A DNA stretch of 64,000 nt, taken from the NCBI GenBank assembly GCA_963674965.2, contig CAXXFL010000001.1:992001-1056000 (forward strand), written 5' to 3'. Shown here in pieces: positions 30,581 through 41,984 of this stretch. Position 1 is the first letter of the stretch, and each line of letters begins with the position of its first letter. The DNA comes from a bacterium (GTDB lineage: Bacteria > RBG-13-61-14 > DATKZS01). Made by a program: the position numbers and the translations under genes. The notes beneath the pieces were generated by a model, which saw only the letters and a program-made list of their open reading frames with translations, was not told where the DNA came from and searched no databases.

Positions 30581-31564
30581 TTACTTTCGTGAAGGATGGT
30601 CTTCCATGGCCTCGCGGAGGTCTGAAAGAAGGTTTTCGAAGCGCTCGTAGAAGAAGTAGGTTTCCTGGGAGAAGTTCATGAGCACGCGGTTCAATTTATC
30701 CGGTATGTAGGGGTAGAGCTTTTTCAAATTTGCTATCCTGTACTTGTAAAAGAGGAGCGCGTCGTCGGCCGTAAGGCTGCACGCCTCGTTGCACTTGGGG
30801 AAACGCTCAGGATACTTAACGACCTCGGAAAAGCTGATGATCTTTTTAGCCGTGACGTAAGTGATGACGTTCCCGCAGCTCCAGATGTCGTAATCCTCGT
30901 AGGAGACCTGGAAATCGAAGTCTATCCACCTGTACTTGCCCGTGTCCTTGTCAATTATTATATGGTCGTTTCTCACGTCGCCGTGATGTTCGCCATGGTC
31001 CTCCAGGAACTTGAGGGCCTCGACGCACTCGATGACCTCGTCCATTACCCCGGGGAAAACCTCGTGAAAGTATTCCTCGTGATCCATGTCCAGCATGGCC
31101 AGTTGGTTGAAAAGGGTCTTGCCGGGGAGAAAATCGATGACTCTCACCAGGTTGCCCGCCGCGTCCAAAACCGTGAAGCCCTGCATGAAGCGATCGTGTC
31201 CTTTCACGACCTCGAGGCAATGGGCCTCCTTTTCCGGGCTCCGGTGACACTTGATAAGAAAGATGCCCTCCCGCGAGGTGAAGTCCTCATAGAAGACCAT
31301 CTTGATGATCTTGCGGGACCCGTCGTCAAGGTCATAGCCGTACTTGACCCAGAACTTGGGCTGGTCGTCGATACCGAAGCGTCCCTCCTTGGCGTCGCCC
31401 GTGAGGAAATAGTCCTTACCCGCGATCCTGAGGACCATGCCGCCGGAAATGCGCATGTAGTCGGTGGTGTCCTCGATGATTTGGGGACGACCGTACACGG
31501 TCCGTCCCGTCAGTTCTTTGACCCTGTCCTTTAACTCCCGCTCGTCGTTAATAATCACCGGCAA
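30581..31564 (-). CDS. Ser/Thr protein kinase-like protein
   Basis: KIIK lysine, catalytic-loop-like HGDVRNDH, WIDFD, DIWSCG. Confidence 0.75.
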   Translation of the reverse strand: MPVIINDERELKDRVKELTGRTVYGRPQIIEDTTDYMRISGGMVLRIAGKDYFLTGDAKEGRFGIDDQPKFWVKYGYDLDDGSRKIIKMVFYEDFTSREGIFLIKCHRSPEKEAHCLEVVKGHDRFMQGFTVLDAAGNLVRVIDFLPGKTLFNQLAMLDMDHEEYFHEVFPGVMDEVIECVEALKFLEDHGEHHGDVRNDHIIIDKDTGKYRWIDFDFQVSYEDYDIWSCGNVITYVTAKKIISFSEVVKYPERFPKCNEACSLTADDALLFYKYRIANLKKLYPYIPDKLNRVLMNFSQETYFFYERFENLLSDLREAMEDHPSRK

Positions 31565-31588
31565 TCATCCCTGGCCAGCCGCCGCTAT

Positions 31589-32698
31589 TTATAAGCCGTA
31601 AAACTCGAGAATCTTGTCAGCCACTTCCTTGACCATGTCGGAGGTCATCTCCGGGTAGACGGGAATGGCCAGACACTCGAGGCAGGCCCGCTCCGAGGCC
31701 GGGAAGGAATCGGCCTCATTTAGGTATGGCTTGAAACAGCCGAGCCGATGGAGGGGGACCGGATAATATACCGCGGACCCGATTCCCTTTCCGGCCAGAT
31801 ATTTCATGAGCTCATCTCTTTTCTCGACCCTGACAACGTAGTTGTTGAACACGTGATCGCCGCCCACCCGGGCGAGGGGCTTAACGCTCGTGCCCTGGAA
31901 GGCCCGGTCGTAATAGTCGGCGCGCTCTCTTCTCTTGCTCGCCCATTCCGAAAGCAGGGGAAGCTTGGCCAGGAGCACGGCCGCCTGGATCGAGTCCAGC
32001 CGGCTGTTGTAGCCGATGTGGGAGTGGTGATAGGACTCCCTGGCGCCGTGAACTCGAAGCAGTCGGATCGAGTCGGCCACGTCGTCGCGGTTGGTGGTTA
32101 CCATGCCGCCGTCGCCATAGCCGCCCAGGTTCTTGCTCGGGTAAAAGCTAATGGCGGCCGCGTCGCCCATGGACCCGGCGCGACCGCCTCCAAGACCGGC
32201 GCCGATCGCCTGGCAGGCGTCTTCCAGGATGGCCGGAGAAAAGGGACCCAAGACCGAGCGAATACCCGCGACGTCGGCGCATTGTCCGAAAAGATGCACC
32301 GGAACGACGGCCCTGGTCCTCTCATTCACGGCCTCTTTGACCTTGTCCGTATCGATAAGGCAGGTATCGGGATCGACGTCAACGAAGACCGGTCTTGCCC
32401 CGACAAGGACCACGCTCGAGGCGGTGCTGTAAAAAGTAAAGGTGGGCGTAATGACCTCGTCGCCCGGCCCGACGCCCAGGGCGCGAAGGGAGAGGATAAG
32501 GGCGTCCGTTCCCGAGGCCACGCCCACCGCGTGCCTGGCTCCCACGTACTCGGCGATCTTTCGCTCCAGCTCGGACACCTCGGGTCCGAGTATGAAGCCC
32601 TGGTTATCGAGCACATTCTCGATGCGATTTTTAACGTCTTGTTTGATTGCCGCGTACTGGGCGCGAAGGTCCAGAAGTGGAATTTTAATTTCCGTCAT
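31589..32698 (-). CDS. DegT/DnrJ/EryC1/StrS sugar aminotransferase
   Basis: SGTDAL, EDACQAIGA, SFYPSKNLGGYGDGG, GYNSRLD. Confidence 0.95.
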   Translation of the reverse strand: MTEIKIPLLDLRAQYAAIKQDVKNRIENVLDNQGFILGPEVSELERKIAEYVGARHAVGVASGTDALILSLRALGVGPGDEVITPTFTFYSTASSVVLVGARPVFVDVDPDTCLIDTDKVKEAVNERTRAVVPVHLFGQCADVAGIRSVLGPFSPAILEDACQAIGAGLGGGRAGSMGDAAAISFYPSKNLGGYGDGGMVTTNRDDVADSIRLLRVHGARESYHHSHIGYNSRLDSIQAAVLLAKLPLLSEWASKRRERADYYDRAFQGTSVKPLARVGGDHVFNNYVVRVEKRDELMKYLAGKGIGSAVYYPVPLHRLGCFKPYLNEADSFPASERACLECLAIPVYPEMTSDMVKEVADKILEFYGL

Positions 32699-32763
32699 TA
32701 TAAGTTTACCAACCTATCATATGGATTATAGCCGACGGGACGGTAGGGCAGTGGATGAAGGAA

Positions 32764-33711
32764 TCATGTTTTCCGCTCGTCGTGTTCTTTTATTTTGGCG
32801 GCTATGGCGGGGCGGGCCTCCTCGAAGAAGGGCTCGGCGAACTCGAGGGTCCAGGTCCGGTCGGGAAAGGACCGGCTCTCGACCTGTTTCAGGAAGCGGG
32901 CCTTGAAGTCGTCCAGCCTCCGGCCGTAGATATGGTAGCTGTCGGACTCGTCCACGTAGCGTCCCAGCTTGACCTCCCTTCCCGCCTTCTCGGCCACTTG
33001 TCCGGCCACCCGGGCCATGAGATGGATAAGGGCGAAGCAGTTCATAAAGGCCGCGTCGTAGGCGTCGCGAGAGCGGAAACGGACGTTCATGTTCAGGCGC
33101 CATACGCCTTGCTCGTCGGGGAGTATACGGAACCAAAGGGACTGCATGCAGGCGGGATCGTGTATTCCCGTGTCCTCCCACACCTTCCAGAGAACGGCCT
33201 GCTGGCGTCTCGAGTAAGGGGTCTTGGCCAGGCCCTCGGCCACCCGCTGGATCTGGTCCACGGCGCCCTCCACGCCCGGCGTACTATAGCTGAAAATCCG
33301 CTCGTGATAGGTGTACTCCCAACGCTGGTCCTCGGGATCGTTCGGGTCCCGACGCCAGTGGTCCTTGATCCCGTCCAGCACCTCCTGACGGTATTCCTCG
33401 AGCGCGTCCAGGCCGCCGGGAAAACTCCGGTGAATCACCGGCTCGGAAAAGGGGTCCTCGACGATAATCCGCATCGAGCAGTCAAGACTCGGCGGGTCAG
33501 TGAAAGTGCCCCGATCGTCCCTGGCGTCGTACTCGGTGCGTATATCGAGCCCATGCCCGTAAAGAGCAAGAAGACTGAGCTCCCAGGCCTGAGCCAATCC
33601 CTGGCCCCGGACCGCCAGCGTTGGTATCGAGCCGCCGCCCGCTCCCATCTCGACGAACACCCGTCCCGAGTCGGCGCCGAGTATTCTTTTCGCGTCATCT
33701 ATTCTCGACAT
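32764..33711 (-). CDS. thyA: Thymidylate synthase family protein (divergent, archaeal-like)
   Basis: YTYHER, SRR, catalytic DPAC, FRSRD, FMN, DSYHIY. Confidence 0.75.
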   Translation of the reverse strand: MSRIDDAKRILGADSGRVFVEMGAGGGSIPTLAVRGQGLAQAWELSLLALYGHGLDIRTEYDARDDRGTFTDPPSLDCSMRIIVEDPFSEPVIHRSFPGGLDALEEYRQEVLDGIKDHWRRDPNDPEDQRWEYTYHERIFSYSTPGVEGAVDQIQRVAEGLAKTPYSRRQQAVLWKVWEDTGIHDPACMQSLWFRILPDEQGVWRLNMNVRFRSRDAYDAAFMNCFALIHLMARVAGQVAEKAGREVKLGRYVDESDSYHIYGRRLDDFKARFLKQVESRSFPDRTWTLEFAEPFFEEARPAIAAKIKEHDERKT

Positions 33712-33720
33712 GCGCGGTCC

Positions 33721-34221
33721 TTATTCTTCCTTGCTCCCGGCGGCGGTTTTTTCGAGTATCTCGGGCAAGGGCTGGACGAGAACGTGGATTATCGTCTTGT
33801 AGCCGAACAGGTCGACATCGCGTTGGCTCCAGTGAATGGTTACCAGCCTTTTTTCATTGTCCCTGTAGGATATGCCCACGTCTCCCTTGGTGGTGGTGGC
33901 GATTTTAAACTTATTCTTTTGTATCTCGTTTTTAAAGTATTGAGCGAGGTCGCTCGCCTCGTCATTGGAAGAGAATCGCATATAATAACCGTCTACTTCC
34001 GCTTTCACCTCGTCCTTTAAGAGAGTGGAGTCGGGAGGAAGGATAAGAGAGTCCTGAATCTGCTTCTTGGCCAGGCGGATGGCCTCCTCCTCGGAAACGT
34101 CGTCCCCCGGGCAGCCGTAAAACGCCAGCGCCATAAAAGACGCCAGCGCGAAGATAAGAAGCGACTTGAAAACGCCGCCGCTATGATTAACCTTCTTAGA
34201 AAAGGGCCGTCTAGTTTGCAT
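33721..34221 (-). CDS. Hypothetical lipoprotein
   Basis: Hydrophobic signal followed by lipobox-like FYGC. Confidence 0.7.
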   Translation of the reverse strand: MQTRRPFSKKVNHSGGVFKSLLIFALASFMALAFYGCPGDDVSEEEAIRLAKKQIQDSLILPPDSTLLKDEVKAEVDGYYMRFSSNDEASDLAQYFKNEIQKNKFKIATTTKGDVGISYRDNEKRLVTIHWSQRDVDLFGYKTIIHVLVQPLPEILEKTAAGSKEE

Positions 34222-34252
34222 GTCTTCCTCCCCGGAAAGCCGCCCGGCTCCC

Positions 34253-35590
<1,338 letters not shown>

Positions 35591-35990
35591 TCAAGCCGGC
35601 AATCTGAGAGTATAACATGAACCGTCTGGATGGTTCCACACGTTTCGCTTTTGGCCAATAATCTTCCCGAGTCCGAAAGGAGTCATTGCCCAGGGGCATT
35701 TGCATGGAGGTAAAAATTTAGCTAATCTGTAGCGGAATATGGGCCATCCAGGATTATCGCTGAATAAGGCCGTTGAGGCGTTGGTAATACTGCATTTTTT
35801 TCTTGTTTACTTTCTTTTTAAGATAAAGTAACGGCTCTTCAGTGTAAGCTGTAACCGCCTTTATTCAGGTGGAATCAGGGTATTTTCGGCGGAATCGTAA
35901 TAGATGAATCGTTTTGGGATCAAAATCGGATGAAGAAGATATCTTATCGATTTAACATTATAATTTAATAAGGAGAATACAAGAAAGGAC

Positions 35991-36659
35991 ATGAAAGATT
36001 TCAAGGAACATTACCAACCCAACGAAAGCGTCAAACGCTACTTCAGCGACGAGGCCCAGGAATGGAACAAGCACTACCAGGGTGGGGGCGTCTTTCTTAA
36101 GGTTTTCGACTCCTTATTCAGGAAGGCCCTGGTCCAAAGGTGGCAGTTTACAATGCAGTATTGCCTCCCCGCCGAGGGAAAGAGCTTCTTGGACGTGGGC
36201 TGCGGAACGGGAGTGCACTCGATTGCCCTTGCCAAGTCCGGCGCGGAAAAAATCGTGGGAGTAGATTTCGCTCCGGGCATGATAGGATTCGCAAAGCAGA
36301 AAGCCAAAGAGGAAGGCGTAGAGGCAAAATGCGAATTTATCATCGGGGATTTTATGAAAGCCGAGTTTAAAAAAGAGTACGACGTCGTCTACGCGATGGG
36401 GGTTTTCGATTACATTGAGGACCCGGTTCCCTTCTGGAAAAAAATGGCCGACGCGAGCACCGGCGCGGTCATAGGCGCTTTTCCCGGCCGCGATTTTTTT
36501 CGGAGAAAACAAAGAGAATTCAGATATAGACTCAAGGGCGTGCCGGTGTACTTCTATTCGCCGGAACAAATCGGTAAAATCTGCGCCGACGCGGGCGTGC
36601 CCAAATATGAGATCGTCAGATTGCAAAGCGGCTATATGGTGGCGGGGTTGATTGATTGA
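35991..36659 (+). CDS. Class I SAM-dependent methyltransferase
   Basis: FLDVGCGTG, GVDFAPGM; AGGAG upstream. Confidence 0.88.
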   Translation: MKDFKEHYQPNESVKRYFSDEAQEWNKHYQGGGVFLKVFDSLFRKALVQRWQFTMQYCLPAEGKSFLDVGCGTGVHSIALAKSGAEKIVGVDFAPGMIGFAKQKAKEEGVEAKCEFIIGDFMKAEFKKEYDVVYAMGVFDYIEDPVPFWKKMADASTGAVIGAFPGRDFFRRKQREFRYRLKGVPVYFYSPEQIGKICADAGVPKYEIVRLQSGYMVAGLID

Positions 36660-37546
36660 TCAACTTTATGTCCATAGACGTCGAGGATTACGAGTCTCTG
36701 GTCAACCGGGATTTTTTCGGGGTCCTTACCGAGGTCTCCAGTTCGGTCGTGGATTGCACCCTTCGCTTCCTTGATATTCTCGACGAGGCGGGTGTCACGG
36801 CGACCTGCTTTTGCCTGGGTCTGGTGGCCAAGGCGAAACCGGAACTGATAAGGGAAATACACGGGAGGGGGTTCGAGGTCGCCTCCCACGGAATGAATCA
36901 CCTGTTCTATTCTCAATACGGCGTGGATGAGGCATATCAAGACATGAAGGACGCCAAGGACGCCATCGAGGACGTTCTTGGCGAGGAGATCACGGGCTTC
37001 AGGGCCCCGGCCTTCAACGTTTCCTTGAAGCGTCCCGAGCTAATCGAGGCCATCGTCAAAGCGGGCTATAAATACGACTCATCGATTTTTCCTTTCCAAG
37101 GCAGAAGATACGGCTGCCCCGAAAGCCCAAGATCGCCTTATCGGATCGGTACCCGAGCCGGAGATCTCATCGAGTTCCATTTATCCACCGTTCGGGTACG
37201 GGGCAAAAGAATTCCAGCCGCTGGAGGAGGATACCTGAGACATTTCCCATATTTTTTAAACGCCAAAGCCATTCGTTCAATAAACGAAGAGGGAATTCCG
37301 GTCGTGGTATATCTACATCCTCAAGAATGTTTCGAGGGTAAATTCAACCTGCTGATAAAAGAGGCGGACCCGAAAACGCAACTTAAAGCGGCGCTGTTCG
37401 ATTTCAATCAAAGCGTCGGACGTAAAAGAACCATTAAAAAATTAACGCGTTTGACCGAGGATTTTCAGTTCACGGCGATGAGGAATTTTTTTTCAAGTCC
37501 CCAGTATAATGAGAGGGGTCTATTGGAAGTAAGCGTCAAATCATAA
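36656..37546 (+). CDS. Polysaccharide deacetylase (DUF3473 type)
   Basis: SIDVEDY, EVASHGMNH, GFRAPAF, YDSS, AGGGYLR, YLHP. Confidence 0.88.
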   Translation: MINFMSIDVEDYESLVNRDFFGVLTEVSSSVVDCTLRFLDILDEAGVTATCFCLGLVAKAKPELIREIHGRGFEVASHGMNHLFYSQYGVDEAYQDMKDAKDAIEDVLGEEITGFRAPAFNVSLKRPELIEAIVKAGYKYDSSIFPFQGRRYGCPESPRSPYRIGTRAGDLIEFHLSTVRVRGKRIPAAGGGYLRHFPYFLNAKAIRSINEEGIPVVVYLHPQECFEGKFNLLIKEADPKTQLKAALFDFNQSVGRKRTIKKLTRLTEDFQFTAMRNFFSSPQYNERGLLEVSVKS

Positions 37547-37552
37547 TTTAAT

Positions 37553-37738
37553 GAGCTTCTTGCAAAAGCCCCTTTCTTGGCGGCATAGCCGCTTTGGATT
37601 GTGGTCGCTTGAGAGCGCTTTCGATGGCTTTGGCTTGACAAGGCCTAAGAAAACAACGGCTAGCCTCGCGTCAAGCCGCTCGGAAGAAAAGCGGCGTCGA
37701 GCCGCCGCACTCCAAAGCGGGACTTTTACAAGAGGCTC
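37553..37738 (-). mobile_element. 186-bp MITE/REP-doublet repeat, copy 2, flanked by TAAT direct repeat
   Basis: Ends GAGCTTCTTGCAAAAGCCC / GGACTTTTACAAGAGGCTC; TAAT at 37549-37552 and 37739-37742. Confidence 0.9.
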
Positions 37739-37819
37739 TAATAACTTCGGATTTTACAGTTCCTGCTTTGAAATAGAGTCCTTCGCTCCCATCCTTTCCT
37801 GATCGCTATCTCATCCCCT

Positions 37820-38599
37820 TCAAATCAATTGCTCAATTTTGACCAAGGCGCCTTTTACGACTCCAAGCCTCTTCGCCGTCGATCCGTTCATAACCGATAT
37901 CTCGAGGCGGCCTGAGGAACCGATAAGGGCAATGAGCAGCCCGGCCTGGCCCATTCCGTAACAGGTTTTCAAACCTTCGATAGTCTCGTTGGCAATGGTG
38001 ATTTTTACTCGTTCAGGCTGGATCGAGTCGCGGGGCACGTTCGTGATAAGGTTTCCGAAGCGGTCTATCTGGACGACCCGTCCCATGACGGTTTGGCCCG
38101 CTACCTCTGGCTCGGGAATCTCGAGCTTCACGGGGTCCGAGACGGGGGACCCCAGGTCGGACAGCCGGAGACCGGAGGCGATCCTGGCGGCGACGGGCGC
38201 GAAAACGTCGCGGCCGTGGAAGGTCGAGCTCAGGTTGTCAAGGAAAAATTTTTTCCGGTCCAGAGCGACGGCCTTGTCCGCGGGCAGAAAAAAGGAGAAC
38301 AGTCCGTTGTCCGGCCCCACGAAAATATTGCCATCCTTCTCGATGGCTATTGGTCTTCGGCTTGTCCCCACTCCGGGATCGACTACCGCGAGATGCACCG
38401 TCCCTTTTCCGAAAAAGGGGACCGAGTCCTTGAGGGTCCAGGCCGCCCATTCAACGTCCTGGGCCGGTATCTGGTGAGTCAGGTCCACGATCCTGGCCGA
38501 GGGCAGTATTTTTAAAATTACTCCCTTTACCACCCCCACGTAGTGGTCCTCGAGGCCGAAGTCGGAAGTAAAGGTGATAACGCCACTAGGATCGGTCAT
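37820..38599 (-). CDS. SAM-dependent chlorinase/fluorinase family (DUF62, SAM hydroxide adenosyltransferase)
   Basis: ITFTSDFG, DLTH, VVDPGVG, GPDNG, STFHGRDVFAP, IDRFGNL. Confidence 0.92.
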   Translation of the reverse strand: MTDPSGVITFTSDFGLEDHYVGVVKGVILKILPSARIVDLTHQIPAQDVEWAAWTLKDSVPFFGKGTVHLAVVDPGVGTSRRPIAIEKDGNIFVGPDNGLFSFFLPADKAVALDRKKFFLDNLSSTFHGRDVFAPVAARIASGLRLSDLGSPVSDPVKLEIPEPEVAGQTVMGRVVQIDRFGNLITNVPRDSIQPERVKITIANETIEGLKTCYGMGQAGLLIALIGSSGRLEISVMNGSTAKRLGVVKGALVKIEQLI

Positions 38600-38630
38600 T
38601 ATGTTTCCTTGGTTTCTATATACTCAGAAC

Positions 38631-39224
38631 CTATCTGGGCATAATCCGGAGGGACCCGCCCATGGCCTTGAAAAGGGCCTTGTATGACTCGAACATGGCT
38701 TTGGGGGCCTTGGTCGTGACCACCCAGGCGGAGAAGTCCCGGGTCTGACAAAAAGACATGGCCTCGACGGGCTTGCCGTCGTTGGGATACTCGTAGTGAA
38801 TCCAGGCCATGCCCGATCCGGGAAGAGGCTCGACTCCTCCTTCTATGATGTTGAGGTCCTTGATAGACATCTGCATGGCCGGAACGTTGGCGTAAAGGTA
38901 CTGATAGGGGTCCATCCGCTGAGTCAGACTCTCGACCACAACGTTAACGAGCGGGCCGTCGATGCCCGCGCCGGGGGCGGAGGCAAAAAGCACCGGGTTC
39001 TCGGAACGTTTTTCCAAATCCCAGTCGGCCGGGACCTTAAGCGTGTATTGCTTCCATTGATCGTAATGGACCGTAAACTCGACGGACTCGACGGGAATAC
39101 TCTTGGCGTTGGCACCGTCCTTATCGACCTTGACCTCGGGCGGTCTGCCGGGGCAGGACTGTACGCCCAGATTGGACAAGGCCAAAAGAGCCGCCGCGAT
39201 GAGCCAAACGTTTACTCTTCTCAT
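38631..39224 (-). CDS. Hypothetical lipoprotein (DcrB/PsbP-like fold by inference)
   Basis: Lipobox-like VQSC; YTLKVPADW, VNVVVE; resembles the neighbouring ORF. Confidence 0.65.
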   Translation of the reverse strand: MRRVNVWLIAAALLALSNLGVQSCPGRPPEVKVDKDGANAKSIPVESVEFTVHYDQWKQYTLKVPADWDLEKRSENPVLFASAPGAGIDGPLVNVVVESLTQRMDPYQYLYANVPAMQMSIKDLNIIEGGVEPLPGSGMAWIHYEYPNDGKPVEAMSFCQTRDFSAWVVTTKAPKAMFESYKALFKAMGGSLRIMPR

Positions 39225-39805
39225 GGGAGCACCCGGAAGCTTTGGCTGATTTCCTCCAAGGGCTTTCTGTACTTAAACGCCTGGGTCCGCTCGTAAGTCG
39301 CGTTTATTAGGTAGGCGTAGCGAGGACCGGGCAACGCGTAAATAACCGTCTCCAAATCGAAAATACCGATTCTGTGATCGTAGACCAGATAGGCGGCTTT
39401 TTGTCCGCCAATCTGGACGTGGCCCTTTTCCAACTCTTTAAAATCGGTAACCATGGTCTTGAGATTGGGCATGTTGGCCTCCATAACCTCGTCACAGGTC
39501 ATGGGCTTGGGAAGTGGACTCGAGGCAATGGAAACGTTCTCACGATACTTGTCGTCAATCGCGTCAATCTGGGCCAATCCGATAGCGTCAAGCCCCAGGG
39601 TATTGACGCGGATTTCCCAGTTTTCGCCGAATTGAATGGAAAACCCTTTTTCCTTATCCTCATAATAGCCGGGTGGGGAATCCGCTCCCTTTTGACAACG
39701 CGAGCCAAAACAAAAAACCGCAATTAACGCGCAAGCTAAAGTTATTGCATGATTTATTAGTGGACTGAAGTCGCGCCGGCAAGGCGCCTCGCCATATGTC
39801 CTCAT
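39221..39805 (-). CDS. Hypothetical exported protein (DcrB/PsbP-like), probable paralog of the downstream gene
   Basis: FSIQFGENW, ENVSI, ANMPNLK (versus ANVPAMQ); start placed at ATG 39805, just after the acs stop. Confidence 0.65.
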   Translation of the reverse strand: MRTYGEAPCRRDFSPLINHAITLACALIAVFCFGSRCQKGADSPPGYYEDKEKGFSIQFGENWEIRVNTLGLDAIGLAQIDAIDDKYRENVSIASSPLPKPMTCDEVMEANMPNLKTMVTDFKELEKGHVQIGGQKAAYLVYDHRIGIFDLETVIYALPGPRYAYLINATYERTQAFKYRKPLEEISQSFRVLP

Positions 39806-39815
39806 AAGACGTCCT

Positions 39816-41750
39816 TTATTTTGCCCGCGTAATTTCCTCGATAGCCTCGGGGTTCTCCACCGAGGCCAGATCGCCCGGGTCCTTGCCAAGATACTTGCGC
39901 TTGATCGCGCCTCGCACGATCTTGGCGGACCTTGTCTTGGGCAGGGCGCTGACGAAAAGAAGCTTCTCGGGTTTAAGCGTTTTTCCCAGCTTGTCAACTA
40001 TTAGAGAGGAAATTTCAGCCCGGAGTTCCTCGGAAGGCTCATGGCCTTGCTTTAGCACCACAAAGCACACCACGCTCTCGCCTTTCAACTCGTGGGGAAC
40101 ACCTATGGCCGCGCTTTCCTGTACGGCCTTGTGTTCGTTGGCCGCGCTCTCGATTTCGGCGGGTCCCGTGCGTTTTCCCGCCAGCTTGATGGTGTCGTCC
40201 GATCTTCCATGCAAAAACCAGAAGCCGTCCTCATCCACCAGGGCCCAGTCGCCGTGATACCAAATACCCTCGTACTTCGAGAAATAGGTGTCGATATAGC
40301 GCTCGTCGTCATTAAGAAAAGACTTGGTCATGGAGGGCGCCGGCTTCTTGCAAACCAGGTGGCCTATGCCCCCCTTGATGGAGTTTCCATCCTCATCGAA
40401 AACGTCCACGTCCATGCCCAGGCCAGGGCCTTGCAGAGTGCAGGGCTTGAGGGGATGGATCGGATAAGGCTGGAGATGGCAGCCCATGATCTCGGTCCCG
40501 CCGGAAATATTGATAATGGGACAGCGCCCTCCCCCGACCTTTTCGAAGAACCACATGTAGGCCTCGGGGTCCCATGGCTCGCCCGAGCTGGCCAGGAGAC
40601 GAAGTTTACTGAAGTCGTGTTTTTCAACGTTCTCCGGCGGCTGGGCCTTCATCAGCCGGATGGCGGTGGGCGAGATGCCGAACTCGGTCACTTTGTGGTC
40701 CTCGATGACGTTCCAGAGCCTGTCCGGTTCCGGGTAATTGGGCGTTCCCTCGTAGACCAGGTAGGGCGTCCGGTAGAACTGGCACCCGATGAACTCCCAC
40801 GGTCCCATCATCCATCCGATGTCGGTGGGCCAGAAAAAAACGTCCTCCGGTTTCACGTCGCAGGCGTAGCCCACTTCCTTGGATACCTGGGCGATAACGC
40901 CGGCGTGGGTGTGGACCGTGCCTTTGGGCTTTCCCGTGGTGCCCGACGTATAAATGACCATGCATGGATCCTCGGCCTCCATCACCTCGGTGGCCGCCTC
41001 CTCGGAACGGCCCGCAATCCAGTCCTCGAAATAAACGTCACGGTCGTCCTTCATGGGAACGTCCTGGCCGGTTCGCTTGTAGACAACCACGCGACGGACG
41101 CTCGGGACCTGGTCCGCCGCCCGGTCCGCCTCATGCTTGATCGCCACGGGTTTACCACGTCTTACACCACCGTCGGCCGTAAAGAGGGCCTTGGCGCCCG
41201 CGTCCTCCAAACGCGTCGCCAGGGCCGCTCCTCCAAACCCGGAAAAAACCGGGATCACGATGGCCCCGATCTTGAGACAGGCGAAGTAAACGGCCACAAT
41301 CTCCGGGACCATGGGCATGAAGATGCTCACGAAATCGCCCTTGCCGATCCCGTCCTCGCGAAGGGCGTTGGCTATGAGGCATACCAGGGCGTTCATCTGG
41401 CCGTAGGTAAAACTTCTCTTTTCCTTGTCGTCTCCCTCCCACATGAGGCAGGTCGAGTCGGCAAAGCCGTTCTTGACGTGGCGGTCGATAACGTTATGCA
41501 CGATGTTGATCTTGCCGCCCACGAACCACTTGGCCCAGGGGAACCCCCTCGAGTCGTCCAGGATTTCTGTATAAGGCTCGTACCACTCGACGCCCACGTC
41601 CGCGAGGCAGGAATCCCAGAACCACCTCGTGTCCCGAGTGCTCCTCTCGATGAGATCGCGGTAATTGTCGATGCCGTGTTTTTGCATGAAGCGCCACACG
41701 TTGGTCTTCTCGATCATTTCCCTGGTGGGTTCCCAGATTATTCCTGACAT
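39816..41750 (-). CDS. Acetyl-CoA synthetase-like AMP-forming ligase
   Basis: IYTSGTTGKPKG, TDIGWMMG, SGGTE, YHGD, GRSDD, LPKTRSAKIVR. Confidence 0.93.
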   Translation of the reverse strand: MSGIIWEPTREMIEKTNVWRFMQKHGIDNYRDLIERSTRDTRWFWDSCLADVGVEWYEPYTEILDDSRGFPWAKWFVGGKINIVHNVIDRHVKNGFADSTCLMWEGDDKEKRSFTYGQMNALVCLIANALREDGIGKGDFVSIFMPMVPEIVAVYFACLKIGAIVIPVFSGFGGAALATRLEDAGAKALFTADGGVRRGKPVAIKHEADRAADQVPSVRRVVVYKRTGQDVPMKDDRDVYFEDWIAGRSEEAATEVMEAEDPCMVIYTSGTTGKPKGTVHTHAGVIAQVSKEVGYACDVKPEDVFFWPTDIGWMMGPWEFIGCQFYRTPYLVYEGTPNYPEPDRLWNVIEDHKVTEFGISPTAIRLMKAQPPENVEKHDFSKLRLLASSGEPWDPEAYMWFFEKVGGGRCPIINISGGTEIMGCHLQPYPIHPLKPCTLQGPGLGMDVDVFDEDGNSIKGGIGHLVCKKPAPSMTKSFLNDDERYIDTYFSKYEGIWYHGDWALVDEDGFWFLHGRSDDTIKLAGKRTGPAEIESAANEHKAVQESAAIGVPHELKGESVVCFVVLKQGHEPSEELRAEISSLIVDKLGKTLKPEKLLFVSALPKTRSAKIVRGAIKRKYLGKDPGDLASVENPEAIEEITRAK

Positions 41751-41984
41751 AGTTCCTCCCTTTGGCGAGTGGGCAAAAGATTCTTACAGGCGACGGCCGC
41801 GAGCGACAGGATATGGCCTTCCCGATCAAATTCTATCATAGGGCATATTTCAGTCAACGCTCTGAGACAAAAGAAAAAATCCGCCGCCCAATATGTCGGC
41901 GCAGCGGGGACAATCTTGCCGCGGTAAAATTCCATCGTTTCCCGGGCCTCTTGCAAAAGTCCCGCTTTGGAGTGCGGCGGCTCG

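Noticed and set aside
37820-38599. A true fluorinase/chlorinase biosynthetic gene
   Set aside because: Motifs (FHGRD) fit the widespread DUF62 SAM hydrolase, and there is no biosynthetic cluster context.
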